Source: Candidatus Magasanikiibacteriota bacterium | GTDB lineage: Bacteria > Patescibacteriota > Patescibacteriia > Magasanikbacterales > UBA922 | Direction of reading: 5' to 3' | NCBI GenBank assembly: GCA_018652595.1 | Contig: JABIBU010000027.1 | Coordinates: forward strand, 4,416 to 68,415 | Length of the DNA stretch: 64,000 nt | Notes under the pieces: generated by a model | The model's database searches: none | The model's input: the letters and a program-made list of their open reading frames with translations, nothing else | Told to the model about the DNA's origin: nothing | Made by a program: the position numbers and the translations under genes | Part shown: in pieces, positions 1 to 9,056 of the stretch | How positions within the stretch are numbered: position 1 is the stretch's first letter | How the letters are laid out: every line of letters starts with the position of its first letter

Positions 1-519
1 GGTTGTTTTTAAAGCTACGTATTTCGATAATATTCTGATACTATCAGCTTCTCCAAATGTTGGCATTTCCTTTAAAGCAGAAGGCGAAACAAAAACTCCG
101 GGATCTTTTAATATTCTTTTAATTTCTGATTCTATTTCTTCCATCTTTTCTGGTGTTTGGTCTCTATAAAAAACTGGATCAATGCCTCCTATTGACATAA
201 TTATATCGAAAGTATTATCGGCAAAAGGTACTTGAGCTGCATCAGCTATTATTTTATTTTCAGTTTTTTCAGGATTAAGATTTTGATAATCAATACCACA
301 AGCCTGATATCCTTCTTCTAATAAAAAATCCACAGCCAACCCCTTACCAGTACCAATATCCAAGATTTTAGCTTTTTTATTTCTAATTTTTTCTCTTAGT
401 TCTTCGGGGATTGCTTCGTTTTTTAATATTTCTCTTAATATAAAACTCTCGACATATTTTTTTGCTTCTGCATCGCTTTCATCAGCTATAGGCATGTATT
501 CGCCTTTTTTTCTTATCAT
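1..519 (-). CDS. Class I SAM-dependent methyltransferase (partial, runs off the window start)
   Basis: Not in the ORF track. Manual translation from ATG at 519 gives MIRKKGEY...KILDIGTGKG...GID...ADAAQVPFADNTFDIIMS, i.e. motif I plus the post-II 'PFADNTFD' motif. Confidence 0.8.
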   Translation of the reverse strand, partial: MIRKKGEYMPIADESDAEAKKYVESFILREILKNEAIPEELREKIRNKKAKILDIGTGKGLAVDFLLEEGYQACGIDYQNLNPEKTENKIIADAAQVPFADNTFDIIMSIGGIDPVFYRDQTPEKMEEIESEIKRILKDPGVFVSPSALKEMPTFGEADSIRILSKYVALKTT

Positions 520-521
520 AT

Positions 522-1745
522 TTATAACTTAACCAATTCACTTTCCTCTTGATCCCTCTTCTTCACCTCTACACTACCCTGTTCTAGAGTTTTTGGACTA
601 ATTACATAGCGAACGGGAATACCAATTAGATCGCTGTCTGCAAATTTGGCGCCAGCAGAGGTATTGCGGTCATCATACAGCACATCTTTGCCCTCGCTTG
701 TTAATTTTGTATAAAGTTCATCAGCTTTTTTTACATCAGATTCTTCTTTGCAGAGTGAAACAAGATGAATATCAAATGGAGCAACTTCTTCTGGCCAGAT
801 TAGACCATTTTCATCATTGTGAACCTCGGCAATGGTGCCCATTACACGTCCGGGTCCTATTCCGTAGCTACCCATGATTACAGTCTGTTGCTTACTATCT
901 TTGTCATTATAGTTCAATCCAAGTGGTTCAGAATATTTGGTCCCCAAGGTAAATATATTACCAACTTCGACTGCTTTTACTTCTTCCAAATTATCTTTAT
1001 TTAATTCTAAACTTGCCAAAATTTCATCAGTATAGACTTCTTTATTTACGGCAATCTTTTTTTCTCTATCAAGATAAATAATATCTTCACCCGATTCAGT
1101 TAGGGTTTGAAATTCATGGGAATATTTGCTAAATACCCCACCTGAAGCAAAAGTAATAAAGGTTTTGTCACCCAGTCCACAGCGTTCAAATATTTTTAAA
1201 TAAGCTGGTTTGGTGCTTTCATAAAAATTATCATGCTCTTCTTGTGTGCGTGAGAATGAGTACAAATCTTTCATCAAGAATTCACGACAACGCATTATAC
1301 CACTCTTTGATCTAAGTTCATTACGGAATTTTGTCTGAATCTGATAAGGATAACAAGGTAAATCTTTGTAAGAATTGATATGGTTCTTCATCAAATTTGC
1401 TAATGGTTCTTCGTGAGTAAAAGCAAGGCCTAGCTCAGTATCATTTTTTAGTCTGGTTTTGAACCAATTATCCACTATTTCGTCACTCCAGCGATCAGTT
1501 CTTTTCCAGAGTTCTGGATTTTGCAGTGAGGTTAAGAATATCTCCTGTCCGCCAATTATATTCATTTCTTCACGAATAATATTATTGATTTTATTCAAAA
1601 CGCGCAAACCTAGAGGTAGATAAGAGTAAGCACCGGCAAGTTCTTTGTGGATAAAGCCAGCCTTAATTAGAAGCTGAGCATTTGTACTTACTTCATCTTT
1701 TGGGGTTTGCTTAGATGTTTTTGTGAATAGTTGTGATTGTCTCAT
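522..1745 (-). CDS. proS: Prolyl-tRNA synthetase (short form, no editing insertion)
   Basis: MRQSQLF N-terminus, THEE, FRNELR..G.MR.REFLMKDLYSF, GNIFTLGTKYS, MGSYGIG, anticodon-binding C-terminus. Confidence 0.95.
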   Translation of the reverse strand: MRQSQLFTKTSKQTPKDEVSTNAQLLIKAGFIHKELAGAYSYLPLGLRVLNKINNIIREEMNIIGGQEIFLTSLQNPELWKRTDRWSDEIVDNWFKTRLKNDTELGLAFTHEEPLANLMKNHINSYKDLPCYPYQIQTKFRNELRSKSGIMRCREFLMKDLYSFSRTQEEHDNFYESTKPAYLKIFERCGLGDKTFITFASGGVFSKYSHEFQTLTESGEDIIYLDREKKIAVNKEVYTDEILASLELNKDNLEEVKAVEVGNIFTLGTKYSEPLGLNYNDKDSKQQTVIMGSYGIGPGRVMGTIAEVHNDENGLIWPEEVAPFDIHLVSLCKEESDVKKADELYTKLTSEGKDVLYDDRNTSAGAKFADSDLIGIPVRYVISPKTLEQGSVEVKKRDQEESELVKL

Positions 1746-1764
1746 AAGGTTTATAATATATTAT

Positions 1765-1867
1765 TTATAGATACACGGATTAAACTGATCCAACAGATAA
1801 TAACGAATTTTAAATATATGTAAATCCGTTAAAATTCGTTTAATTCGTCAGATCTGTGTATCTATAA
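1765..1867. repeat. Family A palindromic intergenic element
   Basis: TTATAGATACACGGAT ... ATCTGTGTATCTATAA terminal inverted repeat (15/16 match); internal 9-10-nt units. Confidence 0.8.
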
Positions 1868-1969
1868 GCATAGCGTCATTATTCTTTCTTTGTTGTAAAC
1901 CCAGCACCAAAGTATTGTTAATTATTGGTATGAGTCGCTATTAAAATTATTTTATTTTTTCTAATCCTA

Positions 1970-2356
1970 CTACTCCTTTTCTTGGTGCTGGGTAAAACTA
2001 AAGGCTAAGATAAAAGCCAAAGCAAGTAGAAATATTCCAGTATTCCACCATGTTAGGTATGCTCTGCCTTGTAAAAACAATAGCATAATCAGCGCGACAG
2101 AAATAAAAAAAGAATCACTAAAGCTTCTCTTCACATACCTAAACATTGGTAGGGCTTCGCGAGAAAAGAGCTGGCGAATAAAAAATGCCAGAACAGAAAT
2201 AGTACCAAGTAGAGCAAAGAACAGGCTAATATAAAAAAATACAAAGCCAATGCCGGTATCTTGAAATGGGTCAATATTAACAATAACAATACCCCATGCT
2301 GTCCAGCATAAGATTGATCCAAAAATCATGATTGTTATGTATTGTTTTAGTGTCAT
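1970..2356 (-). CDS. Hypothetical 4-TM membrane protein
   Basis: 128 aa, four hydrophobic segments. Confidence 0.75.
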   Translation of the reverse strand: MTLKQYITIMIFGSILCWTAWGIVIVNIDPFQDTGIGFVFFYISLFFALLGTISVLAFFIRQLFSREALPMFRYVKRSFSDSFFISVALIMLLFLQGRAYLTWWNTGIFLLALAFILAFSFTQHQEKE

Positions 2357-2515
2357 GCTATACAGAAAACAGTTATCAAATAACAGATAACATTCTTTTT
2401 TACTTAAAAAATAGCTCTATTAAGCTACTTCATATTTTACTTGATTTTGACAATAATGGCAAGTGGTGCCCATTATCCTGCTAGCAGGCAGGTATGATTG
2501 ATAATAGCTATCTGA

Positions 2516-2782
2516 TTAGAGTAAATACCTAATTCTGTCGACTTCATCTTGGTCCAACATTTTATTAATTTCCACCACAATCTCTTCTTGGGCCTCACGT
2601 AGCTCTCGGGCAATCTCAGAATTGGCGCAGGTTACAGTAAGTGTTCTATTTTTCAAAAAAAGTGGATCAATCTTTTTTGAGGTCTCTCCCAAGACTGCTT
2701 CCAAGGATTTTTTGGCACACTCAAGCAGGTGCGCATCACCTTCTTTTTTGGGATCTTGTTGTGTTAGTGGTGAGAATACCAT
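2516..2782 (-). CDS. DUF721/DciA-like small protein
   Basis: LKNRTLTVTCANSEIARELR...I...IN pattern resembles DUF721. Confidence 0.55.
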   Translation of the reverse strand: MVFSPLTQQDPKKEGDAHLLECAKKSLEAVLGETSKKIDPLFLKNRTLTVTCANSEIARELREAQEEIVVEINKMLDQDEVDRIRYLL

Positions 2783-2796
2783 AAATCAAATATAGT

Positions 2797-3312
2797 CTAT
2801 ATTTCGTACAAGTATATATTATCATCTTTTTGCAAATATTGCCAATCTGGAAAAGCAAAAGCATGGGAAATTATCCTACTACCAGGTTTCATCTCTTTTT
2901 TTATTTTCTTGGCCAGTTTTTCCATTCGGTGTGGTATGAAATAAATAAAGACCAGATCAAAGTCTGATAAATCAGTTTTCCACAGGCTTTCGTTTTTGAA
3001 TTTTATATTTTTTCTGCCTCTAGCTTTAATCTTACTAATCCAGTACAGAGATGGATTGATTTCTACTCCTATACTTTTTGCACAGTATTTTGCAGCTTCA
3101 ATTGTTATTCTTCCTTCGCCCGAACCAAGATCTACCACTTTGTCAGTTGGTTTTAGATTTGCCATTTTTATCATTTTTTTAAGCCTGGCTTTTTTGGTTG
3201 GGACGAATGGCGCTCCTGAGATAATCGCGTATAGTGAATACACGGAATATAAAAAAACTACTGCAATGAATATTGCAAAAATTGTTAGGAGTAACACTGT
3301 TGTAAGTGTCAT
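2797..3312 (-). CDS. Membrane-anchored class I SAM methyltransferase
   Basis: N-terminal TM, GAPFVPT, VVDLGSGEGRI, GVEINP. Confidence 0.85.
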   Translation of the reverse strand: MTLTTVLLLTIFAIFIAVVFLYSVYSLYAIISGAPFVPTKKARLKKMIKMANLKPTDKVVDLGSGEGRITIEAAKYCAKSIGVEINPSLYWISKIKARGRKNIKFKNESLWKTDLSDFDLVFIYFIPHRMEKLAKKIKKEMKPGSRIISHAFAFPDWQYLQKDDNIYLYEI

Positions 3313-3317
3313 AAGTT

Positions 3318-6263
3318 TTACAGTTTTCTAAATTCACAAATTTCCTTATACTCACAATATTTACAAATAAATGGACCTGGAGTTGGTTTGAATTCGCCTT
3401 CACTAATCTTATTCATAGTATCTAATAATTTTTCTTGAAGTTTTTCAATGTCCTTGTCCTTGCCAATAAAAGATTGTCGTAGATCATCATTTACATAATA
3501 AAAAGTCAGCTGACTCACTTCGCCAATATTCTTGTATTCAGGTAGACTCTGAGCAGCTATCTGGTAGATCAAGAGTTGTTGTTTGTCGTCAGCTGATAAT
3601 TTTTCCTTGCCTTTGCCAGTTTTATAATCAATAATTTCCAAACTTCCGTCTTCAAGCTGATCTATTCTATCAATCCGACCATTTATCAAATACTCACCAA
3701 CTTTAATTTTGAAAAATCCTTCCAAACTAACTGGCACTGTCCAATTTCCTTCTTGAGAAGTATAAAATATCTTCAAAATTTCCTTTCCTTTTTCAAAATA
3801 CTGCTTGCGTTGTTTTTTGCTATTATACCAGTCTGCAATCCATTTTTCTTCATACATTTCTAGTAATTCTTCTATTTTTGGTACTTTGACACCACCTGAT
3901 ATGTCATGTCCTTTTTCTGCGGGCAAGCCAAACAATGAATCTTGCTTTACATTATTTAATTCTTGAACTCTTTCATAAAATTTTTGCAATGTGTTATGAA
4001 TTGTATTGCCAAAACTAAAGCTAGGACTACCTTTCATTGGAATTTTCAAGACATGAGATAATTTATATTGATATGGACAGCGATTGTAAGCATTTATTTG
4101 TGAGAAAGAAAATTTCTTTGGTGGTTCGTAGACTAGTTCGGCCTTGTCTTTTTTCTCACTAGTTTTTTTATTTAGAATTATTTTTTTGCTTGTTTTTTCT
4201 TTATTATCAATTGTTGTGCCTAGTTCTAGTTCGACTAAAAACCTACTTAGCTTTTTCTTTCTCATCCCACCATAATCTTCAGCGCTGGTTAAGAATAATT
4301 TTTGCTTAGCGCGAGTGCAGGCGACGTAAAAAAGTCGTCTTTCTTCTTGGTAGTGAAAGTCTCCTTCTGGTAAATTTTCTTTAATTAATTCACTTGGAAT
4401 TTCTATGCCACTACTTTTTTTTCTGGTTGGTAGTCTTTCTTCTACGCAATTTACCACAAAAACATATTTGTATTCTAGGCCTTTTGCGCTATGAACCGTA
4501 ATAATATTTACCGAGTCTGGCGTGTCTTCTATCTGTACCATTTTACCATTGTCACCCGACTCAATGATTTGATTGTAATGATCCACAAAGCCAGCAACAT
4601 GAGCGCCAGGGATTGCTTGCTCATATTTTTCGATTAGATTAAAAAATTGTTTTACATGATAAATTTGTCTGATTACCTCTCTATTACCAACCGTTTCTTC
4701 GTGAGCAAGATACTTCAAATACCCGCTGTCTTCCAAAAAATTGTATAACACTGCAGTTGGTTTTTCAAATCTAGCTCGTTTCATTCCATCGTGAACAAGG
4801 TCAATTAATTTTTGACAAATTTCAATTCCAACAGGTGAAATAAAAAATTCTCGGGCGCGTTTACAAGCTTCGTAATATGGGATTGATTTCTTTTTGGATC
4901 CACTAGTCAGCTTTTGTAAGTCATCCTCTTTAAAATTTAAAAATGGCATCCTGAGCAATCTATAAATCGCTTTATCATTATGAATATTCTCTACAATATT
5001 TAAAAAGTTTACCGAATCAAGTACTACAGGCTGGCGATACAGTCCAGATGAGGCAAGATACTCATACGGGATATTATAGGCCTCAAAAGCGTTTAAAAAC
5101 GGCTCTACGTGACTGTTGGCACGAACTAGTAAGGCAAAATCATCCAATGTGGCATCTTTGTCTTGCTCTTTTATTTCTGATATCTTTTTTACTACACCCT
5201 GCACTTCGTCATCTAAGCTTTCAAAATGTAAATGTTCGACTCCCCCGTCCTTTATACCACCTTTTGCTTTTAGTTTTTTATCTATTTTTAATTTTTTTTC
5301 TAGACGATCCGGATTATTGTGCTGTATAGATTTGTAAGCAAAATCAAGCACTTCTTTTGCAGATCTATAATTTTCTGTTAGTACAATTTCATCTGCATTT
5401 TTAAAATCTTCTTTAAAACGCATGATAATGGAGACATTACTTCCTCGAAAAGAATATATACTTTGATCATCGTCTCCGACTGCCGTAAGAGAAGTTTCTT
5501 TTCCTGTTAGAAGCTTCACTAGTTCATACTGTGCCCAATTAACATCTTGAAACTCATCTACCAAAATATATTTGAAACGTTCTTGTAATTTTTGCAAAAT
5601 ATTTGGTCGTTCACGCAGAAGTTTTACAGTATAAAAAATAAGACCACCAAAATCCATTGCATTGCTGTCCAGTAATATTTGTTCGTATTTGTGATATGCA
5701 TCAGCTACCTCTATTAGTCTGTTTTTTTCTTGAATCTCAGCTTCGTCTTTGTCCAGAATTATACCTTCAACGTGGTCCAAATATTCTTGAGTTGAAATAA
5801 GTTCATCTTTACACTTTGAAAAATGATCAAGTAGGGTGTGTATTTGCCCAGTCGGATTTCCCATTGGACGATAATAATCTAGATTGAAATCATAAATACT
5901 TTCCTTCATCATGAGCCAAGCATCGGTTTGGGATAATAATTTGAAATTTTTTGGTAAACCAATTTCTACTCCATATTCTTCGAGTAATCTCTGGCAAAAT
6001 GCATGAAAAGTTGAGATTTGTAAATCCACGTAACCTGTTTCAAGCATCTCATCCACGCGTTCCTCCATCTCCCCTGCTGCCTTGTCTGTAAAAGTCAAAG
6101 CCAAAATTTCCTCAGGTTTGGCGAAGTTTTTTTCTATTAAATAACTAATCTTCTTAGTAATAACAGTAGTTTTACCAGTTCCAGCACCAGCAACTATAAG
6201 AAGTGGACCTTTTGTGTGTTCTATGGCTTGTTTTTGAGCTGGGTTGAGTTTGTATTTTGGCAT
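3318..6263 (-). CDS. UvrD/PcrA-type SF1 helicase fused to a C-terminal PD-(D/E)XK nuclease with Fe-S cysteines (AdnAB/AddAB-like)
   Basis: AGAGTGKT, LTFTDKAA, VDEFQD, VGDDDQSIYSFRG, TVHSAKGLE, EERRLFYVACTRA; C-terminal CPYQY, GRIDRID, IIDYKTG, CKYCEYKEIC. Likely start at MPKYKL (6263). Confidence 0.9.
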   Translation of the reverse strand: MPKYKLNPAQKQAIEHTKGPLLIVAGAGTGKTTVITKKISYLIEKNFAKPEEILALTFTDKAAGEMEERVDEMLETGYVDLQISTFHAFCQRLLEEYGVEIGLPKNFKLLSQTDAWLMMKESIYDFNLDYYRPMGNPTGQIHTLLDHFSKCKDELISTQEYLDHVEGIILDKDEAEIQEKNRLIEVADAYHKYEQILLDSNAMDFGGLIFYTVKLLRERPNILQKLQERFKYILVDEFQDVNWAQYELVKLLTGKETSLTAVGDDDQSIYSFRGSNVSIIMRFKEDFKNADEIVLTENYRSAKEVLDFAYKSIQHNNPDRLEKKLKIDKKLKAKGGIKDGGVEHLHFESLDDEVQGVVKKISEIKEQDKDATLDDFALLVRANSHVEPFLNAFEAYNIPYEYLASSGLYRQPVVLDSVNFLNIVENIHNDKAIYRLLRMPFLNFKEDDLQKLTSGSKKKSIPYYEACKRAREFFISPVGIEICQKLIDLVHDGMKRARFEKPTAVLYNFLEDSGYLKYLAHEETVGNREVIRQIYHVKQFFNLIEKYEQAIPGAHVAGFVDHYNQIIESGDNGKMVQIEDTPDSVNIITVHSAKGLEYKYVFVVNCVEERLPTRKKSSGIEIPSELIKENLPEGDFHYQEERRLFYVACTRAKQKLFLTSAEDYGGMRKKKLSRFLVELELGTTIDNKEKTSKKIILNKKTSEKKDKAELVYEPPKKFSFSQINAYNRCPYQYKLSHVLKIPMKGSPSFSFGNTIHNTLQKFYERVQELNNVKQDSLFGLPAEKGHDISGGVKVPKIEELLEMYEEKWIADWYNSKKQRKQYFEKGKEILKIFYTSQEGNWTVPVSLEGFFKIKVGEYLINGRIDRIDQLEDGSLEIIDYKTGKGKEKLSADDKQQLLIYQIAAQSLPEYKNIGEVSQLTFYYVNDDLRQSFIGKDKDIEKLQEKLLDTMNKISEGEFKPTPGPFICKYCEYKEICEFRKL

Positions 6264-6380
6264 AGTTTTTATTATTTCTACAACTATTCTACCATTATTT
6301 AACAAAATTGACAAAAGTACTAAAAAATCCACCTAAATAGACGGATTTTTTGTTTTATATGCTTTCTAGGAGAAATTCAT

Positions 6381-6803
6381 TTACTTCAAACTAATAAGTA
6401 TTGCTCCTCCGGCCATTAATATTGCACCACTTACACTTTTCCAGGTGAATCCTTCTGCTAGGAATATTCCAGCTAGAATTACTACGAATACGATACTCAG
6501 ACGATCAATTGCTACAACTTTACTAGCGTCACCATGTTTTAGTGCTATGAAGTAAAACAACCAAGATAAAGCGCCGGCAATACCTGATAAAGTTATCAAA
6601 ATCCAGTCTTTTGTTTGAATATTATTAAACTGAAAACCATCAAACTTTCTCATGCTAAGACTTACTAGTACCAAAAACACTGCCATAATAATACCACGAA
6701 TAGTAGTAGCAAGAGTTGAGTCAATAGTCTTGAGTCCCAGCTTACCAAAGATAGCAACCAAAGCAGCAAAGATCGACGCTAAAAATGCATAAAATAACCA
6801 CAT
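6381..6803 (-). CDS. EamA/DMT family small transporter
   Basis: FAALVAIFGKLGL, ALSWLFYFIALK.G.ASKV..IDRLS. Confidence 0.85.
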   Translation of the reverse strand: MWLFYAFLASIFAALVAIFGKLGLKTIDSTLATTIRGIIMAVFLVLVSLSMRKFDGFQFNNIQTKDWILITLSGIAGALSWLFYFIALKHGDASKVVAIDRLSIVFVVILAGIFLAEGFTWKSVSGAILMAGGAILISLK

Positions 6804-6835
6804 ATACGTTTGTAGTTTAATGATTTATTAGTTTT

Positions 6836-7372
6836 TTATTCTGGAATTACTCGCAAGGCATCATTAAATCTATTTATATAATTAAATAATCCAATCACTG
6901 ATGTTAACTCCACTATTTGCTGGTCATTGTAATGATTTTTGAGCTTGTTAAATAAATCATCACTTATTTTGTAGGCTTCGCGTGTTACAGCTTCGCCATA
7001 TTCCAAAACAATTTGTTCCGCTTTTGGTAAATCTTCAAACTTATGATTTTTTATCCGTTCCACTATTTCATCATCCAAGCCACAAGCATGTAGCTTATTA
7101 TGTGCTACGCTGGTACAGTACTCACATTCATTAACACGAGACACATGAAAAGCCATTTTCCATTTTACTTCAGCTGAAACCGAGCCTTCACACATTGTCT
7201 TTCTAAGCAAATTCGAAAAACTTAGTAAAATATCAGGGCAATGTGCCATAACTCTAGCCCACTCTGGAACTTTCCCCATCTTATCGGTCCAAGAGTCAAA
7301 AAGCTTATCTACATTATCTGGTGTATCGATTTTTTCAAGTATTTTTACTCGAGTAATTTTGTTGTCTTGCAT
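6836..7372 (-). CDS. AhpD/carboxymuconolactone decarboxylase-like peroxidase
   Basis: VSRVNECEYC CxxC, IVELTSVIGLFNYINRF; likely start MQDNK. Confidence 0.85.
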   Translation of the reverse strand: MQDNKITRVKILEKIDTPDNVDKLFDSWTDKMGKVPEWARVMAHCPDILLSFSNLLRKTMCEGSVSAEVKWKMAFHVSRVNECEYCTSVAHNKLHACGLDDEIVERIKNHKFEDLPKAEQIVLEYGEAVTREAYKISDDLFNKLKNHYNDQQIVELTSVIGLFNYINRFNDALRVIPE

Positions 7373-7380
7373 ATTATTTT

Positions 7381-7659
7381 TTATTTTCCTTCCCAATGCT
7401 CTTCTGCTTCTTCTTCCATCTTATCAAGTCTATGATAATAATCGGAAAATTCATTCAAATGAGCTAAAGCGATTTTTCCAGTCAAAAGTGGGTCATCATT
7501 AGTTACATTTGTAATCGGATCTTCTGTGCCATGTTCTAGTTCTATATCCATACCATGACGAAATTGTTCTAGATCAAACCCTTTGGCTTCGAAATCAATA
7601 TTTAATTGATTTGCAACCTCCTGGGCTTGTTCTGAGGTAAACACTGTTTTTCCTGACAT
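7381..7659 (-). CDS. DUF5661-like protein
   Basis: GMDIELEHG...NVTNDD...TGKIALAHLNEFSDYY.RL. Confidence 0.7.
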   Translation of the reverse strand: MSGKTVFTSEQAQEVANQLNIDFEAKGFDLEQFRHGMDIELEHGTEDPITNVTNDDPLLTGKIALAHLNEFSDYYHRLDKMEEEAEEHWEGK

Positions 7660-7717
7660 AAAAAATTACTTAAGGATTAAAGTAAAAATCCCCACAAAGG
7701 GGGCTTTTACTTAGATT

Positions 7718-7879
7718 TTATTCTTCTTTGTCGTCTATTTCCTCCTCTGGTAAGTCGCCATCATCATCAGCTGTGCCATAACAAGCACAACAATGACCGC
7801 AGCGGCCACAACGAGTGCAGACTTCGTCTTCTAGAAGTACCGCTTCGCATTCTGAACAATAAATCATTTCTGTTTCCAT
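7718..7879 (-). CDS. Small Cys-rich protein with acidic tail (53 aa)
   Basis: Manual translation: METEMIYCSECEAVLLEDEVCTRCGRCGHCCACYGTADDDGDLPEEEIDDKEE*; 8 Cys; co-oriented with neighbours. Confidence 0.75.
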   Translation of the reverse strand: METEMIYCSECEAVLLEDEVCTRCGRCGHCCACYGTADDDGDLPEEEIDDKEE

Positions 7880-7891
7880 ATTAATAGATTA

Positions 7892-8029
7892 CTAGCAAGT
7901 TTGGCAGTCACACCCACTGCATCCTTCTGTTTTTTCTTCTTTACAGTCACAGCATGCTTTACAGCATGTGCCGCCATCACAGCATTTGTTTTCGTCGTTT
8001 ATCTCGACTTCGCATTTTGTACAATTCAT
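7892..8029 (-). CDS. Metallothionein-like peptide (45 aa, 13 Cys)
   Basis: Manual translation: MNCTKCEVEINDENKCCDGGTCCKACCDCKEEKTEGCSGCDCQTC*; no aromatic residues or His. Confidence 0.75.
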   Translation of the reverse strand: MNCTKCEVEINDENKCCDGGTCCKACCDCKEEKTEGCSGCDCQTC

Positions 8030-8083
8030 AGAAATTGTTTATTAGTTCCAGCCACAGACTGCCTGCCCGCCAAATGGTCGGGG

Positions 8084-8100
8084 TCAGCCTTGGGCTGAAA
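8084..8100. repeat. Family D short palindrome TCAGCCTTGGGCTGAAA
   Basis: Identical 17-mer at 46327-46343. Confidence 0.6.
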
Positions 8101-8131
8101 GAATGATAAATATATTATACATTAGTAAAAT

Positions 8132-8551
8132 TTAATATTCAAGTAATACCACTTCCTCACTATCTTTTATATCAGCTAATATTGATTTTACTTCTAAGCC
8201 AGGGAATTTTGCATTTATTACTTCTTTAGCTTTGTTCATGTCGCTATTATACTTTTGTTTTTCAGTTTCCAAATTTTCAAAAGCACTATGACCACCATAT
8301 GCACCACAATCTGTGTGATGTACTAGATATAGAGTTTTTATACCATGTAATTTTACTGAGAGTTCTATTTGATTTAAGATGAATTTGGCATCAGCAGAAT
8401 CAACATCTTCGACAATAGCTTTGCTAATTCCGGCAACTGATATAACATCACAGTCATCCATAATTCCCTTTTCTTCCATCCATTTGTCTATGGCAGAAGT
8501 TAGGCGGAAGTCAATACATTTAATAAGTGCGCTTGAGCATTGGTGGGACAT
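8132..8551 (-). CDS. Beta-class-like carbonic anhydrase
   Basis: CIDFR and HHTDCGAYGG match the C-x-D-x-R and H-x-x-C Zn ligand motifs. Confidence 0.75.
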   Translation of the reverse strand: MSHQCSSALIKCIDFRLTSAIDKWMEEKGIMDDCDVISVAGISKAIVEDVDSADAKFILNQIELSVKLHGIKTLYLVHHTDCGAYGGHSAFENLETEKQKYNSDMNKAKEVINAKFPGLEVKSILADIKDSEEVVLLEY

Positions 8552-8714
8552 ATAATTAGTAGAAGGTTAAAAGTAGAAAGTATAAAGATATTTTATATGA
8601 AAAATATATTTTTGTCCAACAAAAAACTACCTGCCATCAGATAGTCTTTTGTAGTTGGGGCGAGAATTATGGTGCTCGCCCGTTTCACCTTTGTTCTCGG
8701 TTGCGAGGCAAGGA

Positions 8715-8945
8715 CTACCTGTCCATGCCGGCGAGCAAGGCCTCGGCGCCGTTGGTCGTGTCGGTCCCCATCAGCCATGCCAATGACTTGTCGGGATCCT
8801 GACTTGATTCGACCGTGTTGGCGATGGCGTTGAGTTCTGCTTCTCCCTCTGTTGCACTCACTCCCGGCTGCAGGAGAGATCCCACCGGTAACGCCCCCTT
8901 CCTCTCCAGACGCTCCAGTCCGCCCATCTCACGATCCTGTGGCAT
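8715..8945 (-). CDS. GC-rich orphan protein (76 aa)
   Basis: SD AAGGAGG just upstream of ATG; GC-rich codons; 3' hairpins and terminator at about 8620-8710. Confidence 0.6.
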   Translation of the reverse strand: MPQDREMGGLERLERKGALPVGSLLQPGVSATEGEAELNAIANTVESSQDPDKSLAWLMGTDTTNGAEALLAGMDR

Positions 8946-9056
8946 GATACCCTCCTTGGTGTTTGGATCATCAGTTTATATGTATATATTATCATATATA
9001 TAAAAAAATACAACCTTTTGTGAGGTTGTATTTTATTCCATGTATATTATATCGTG

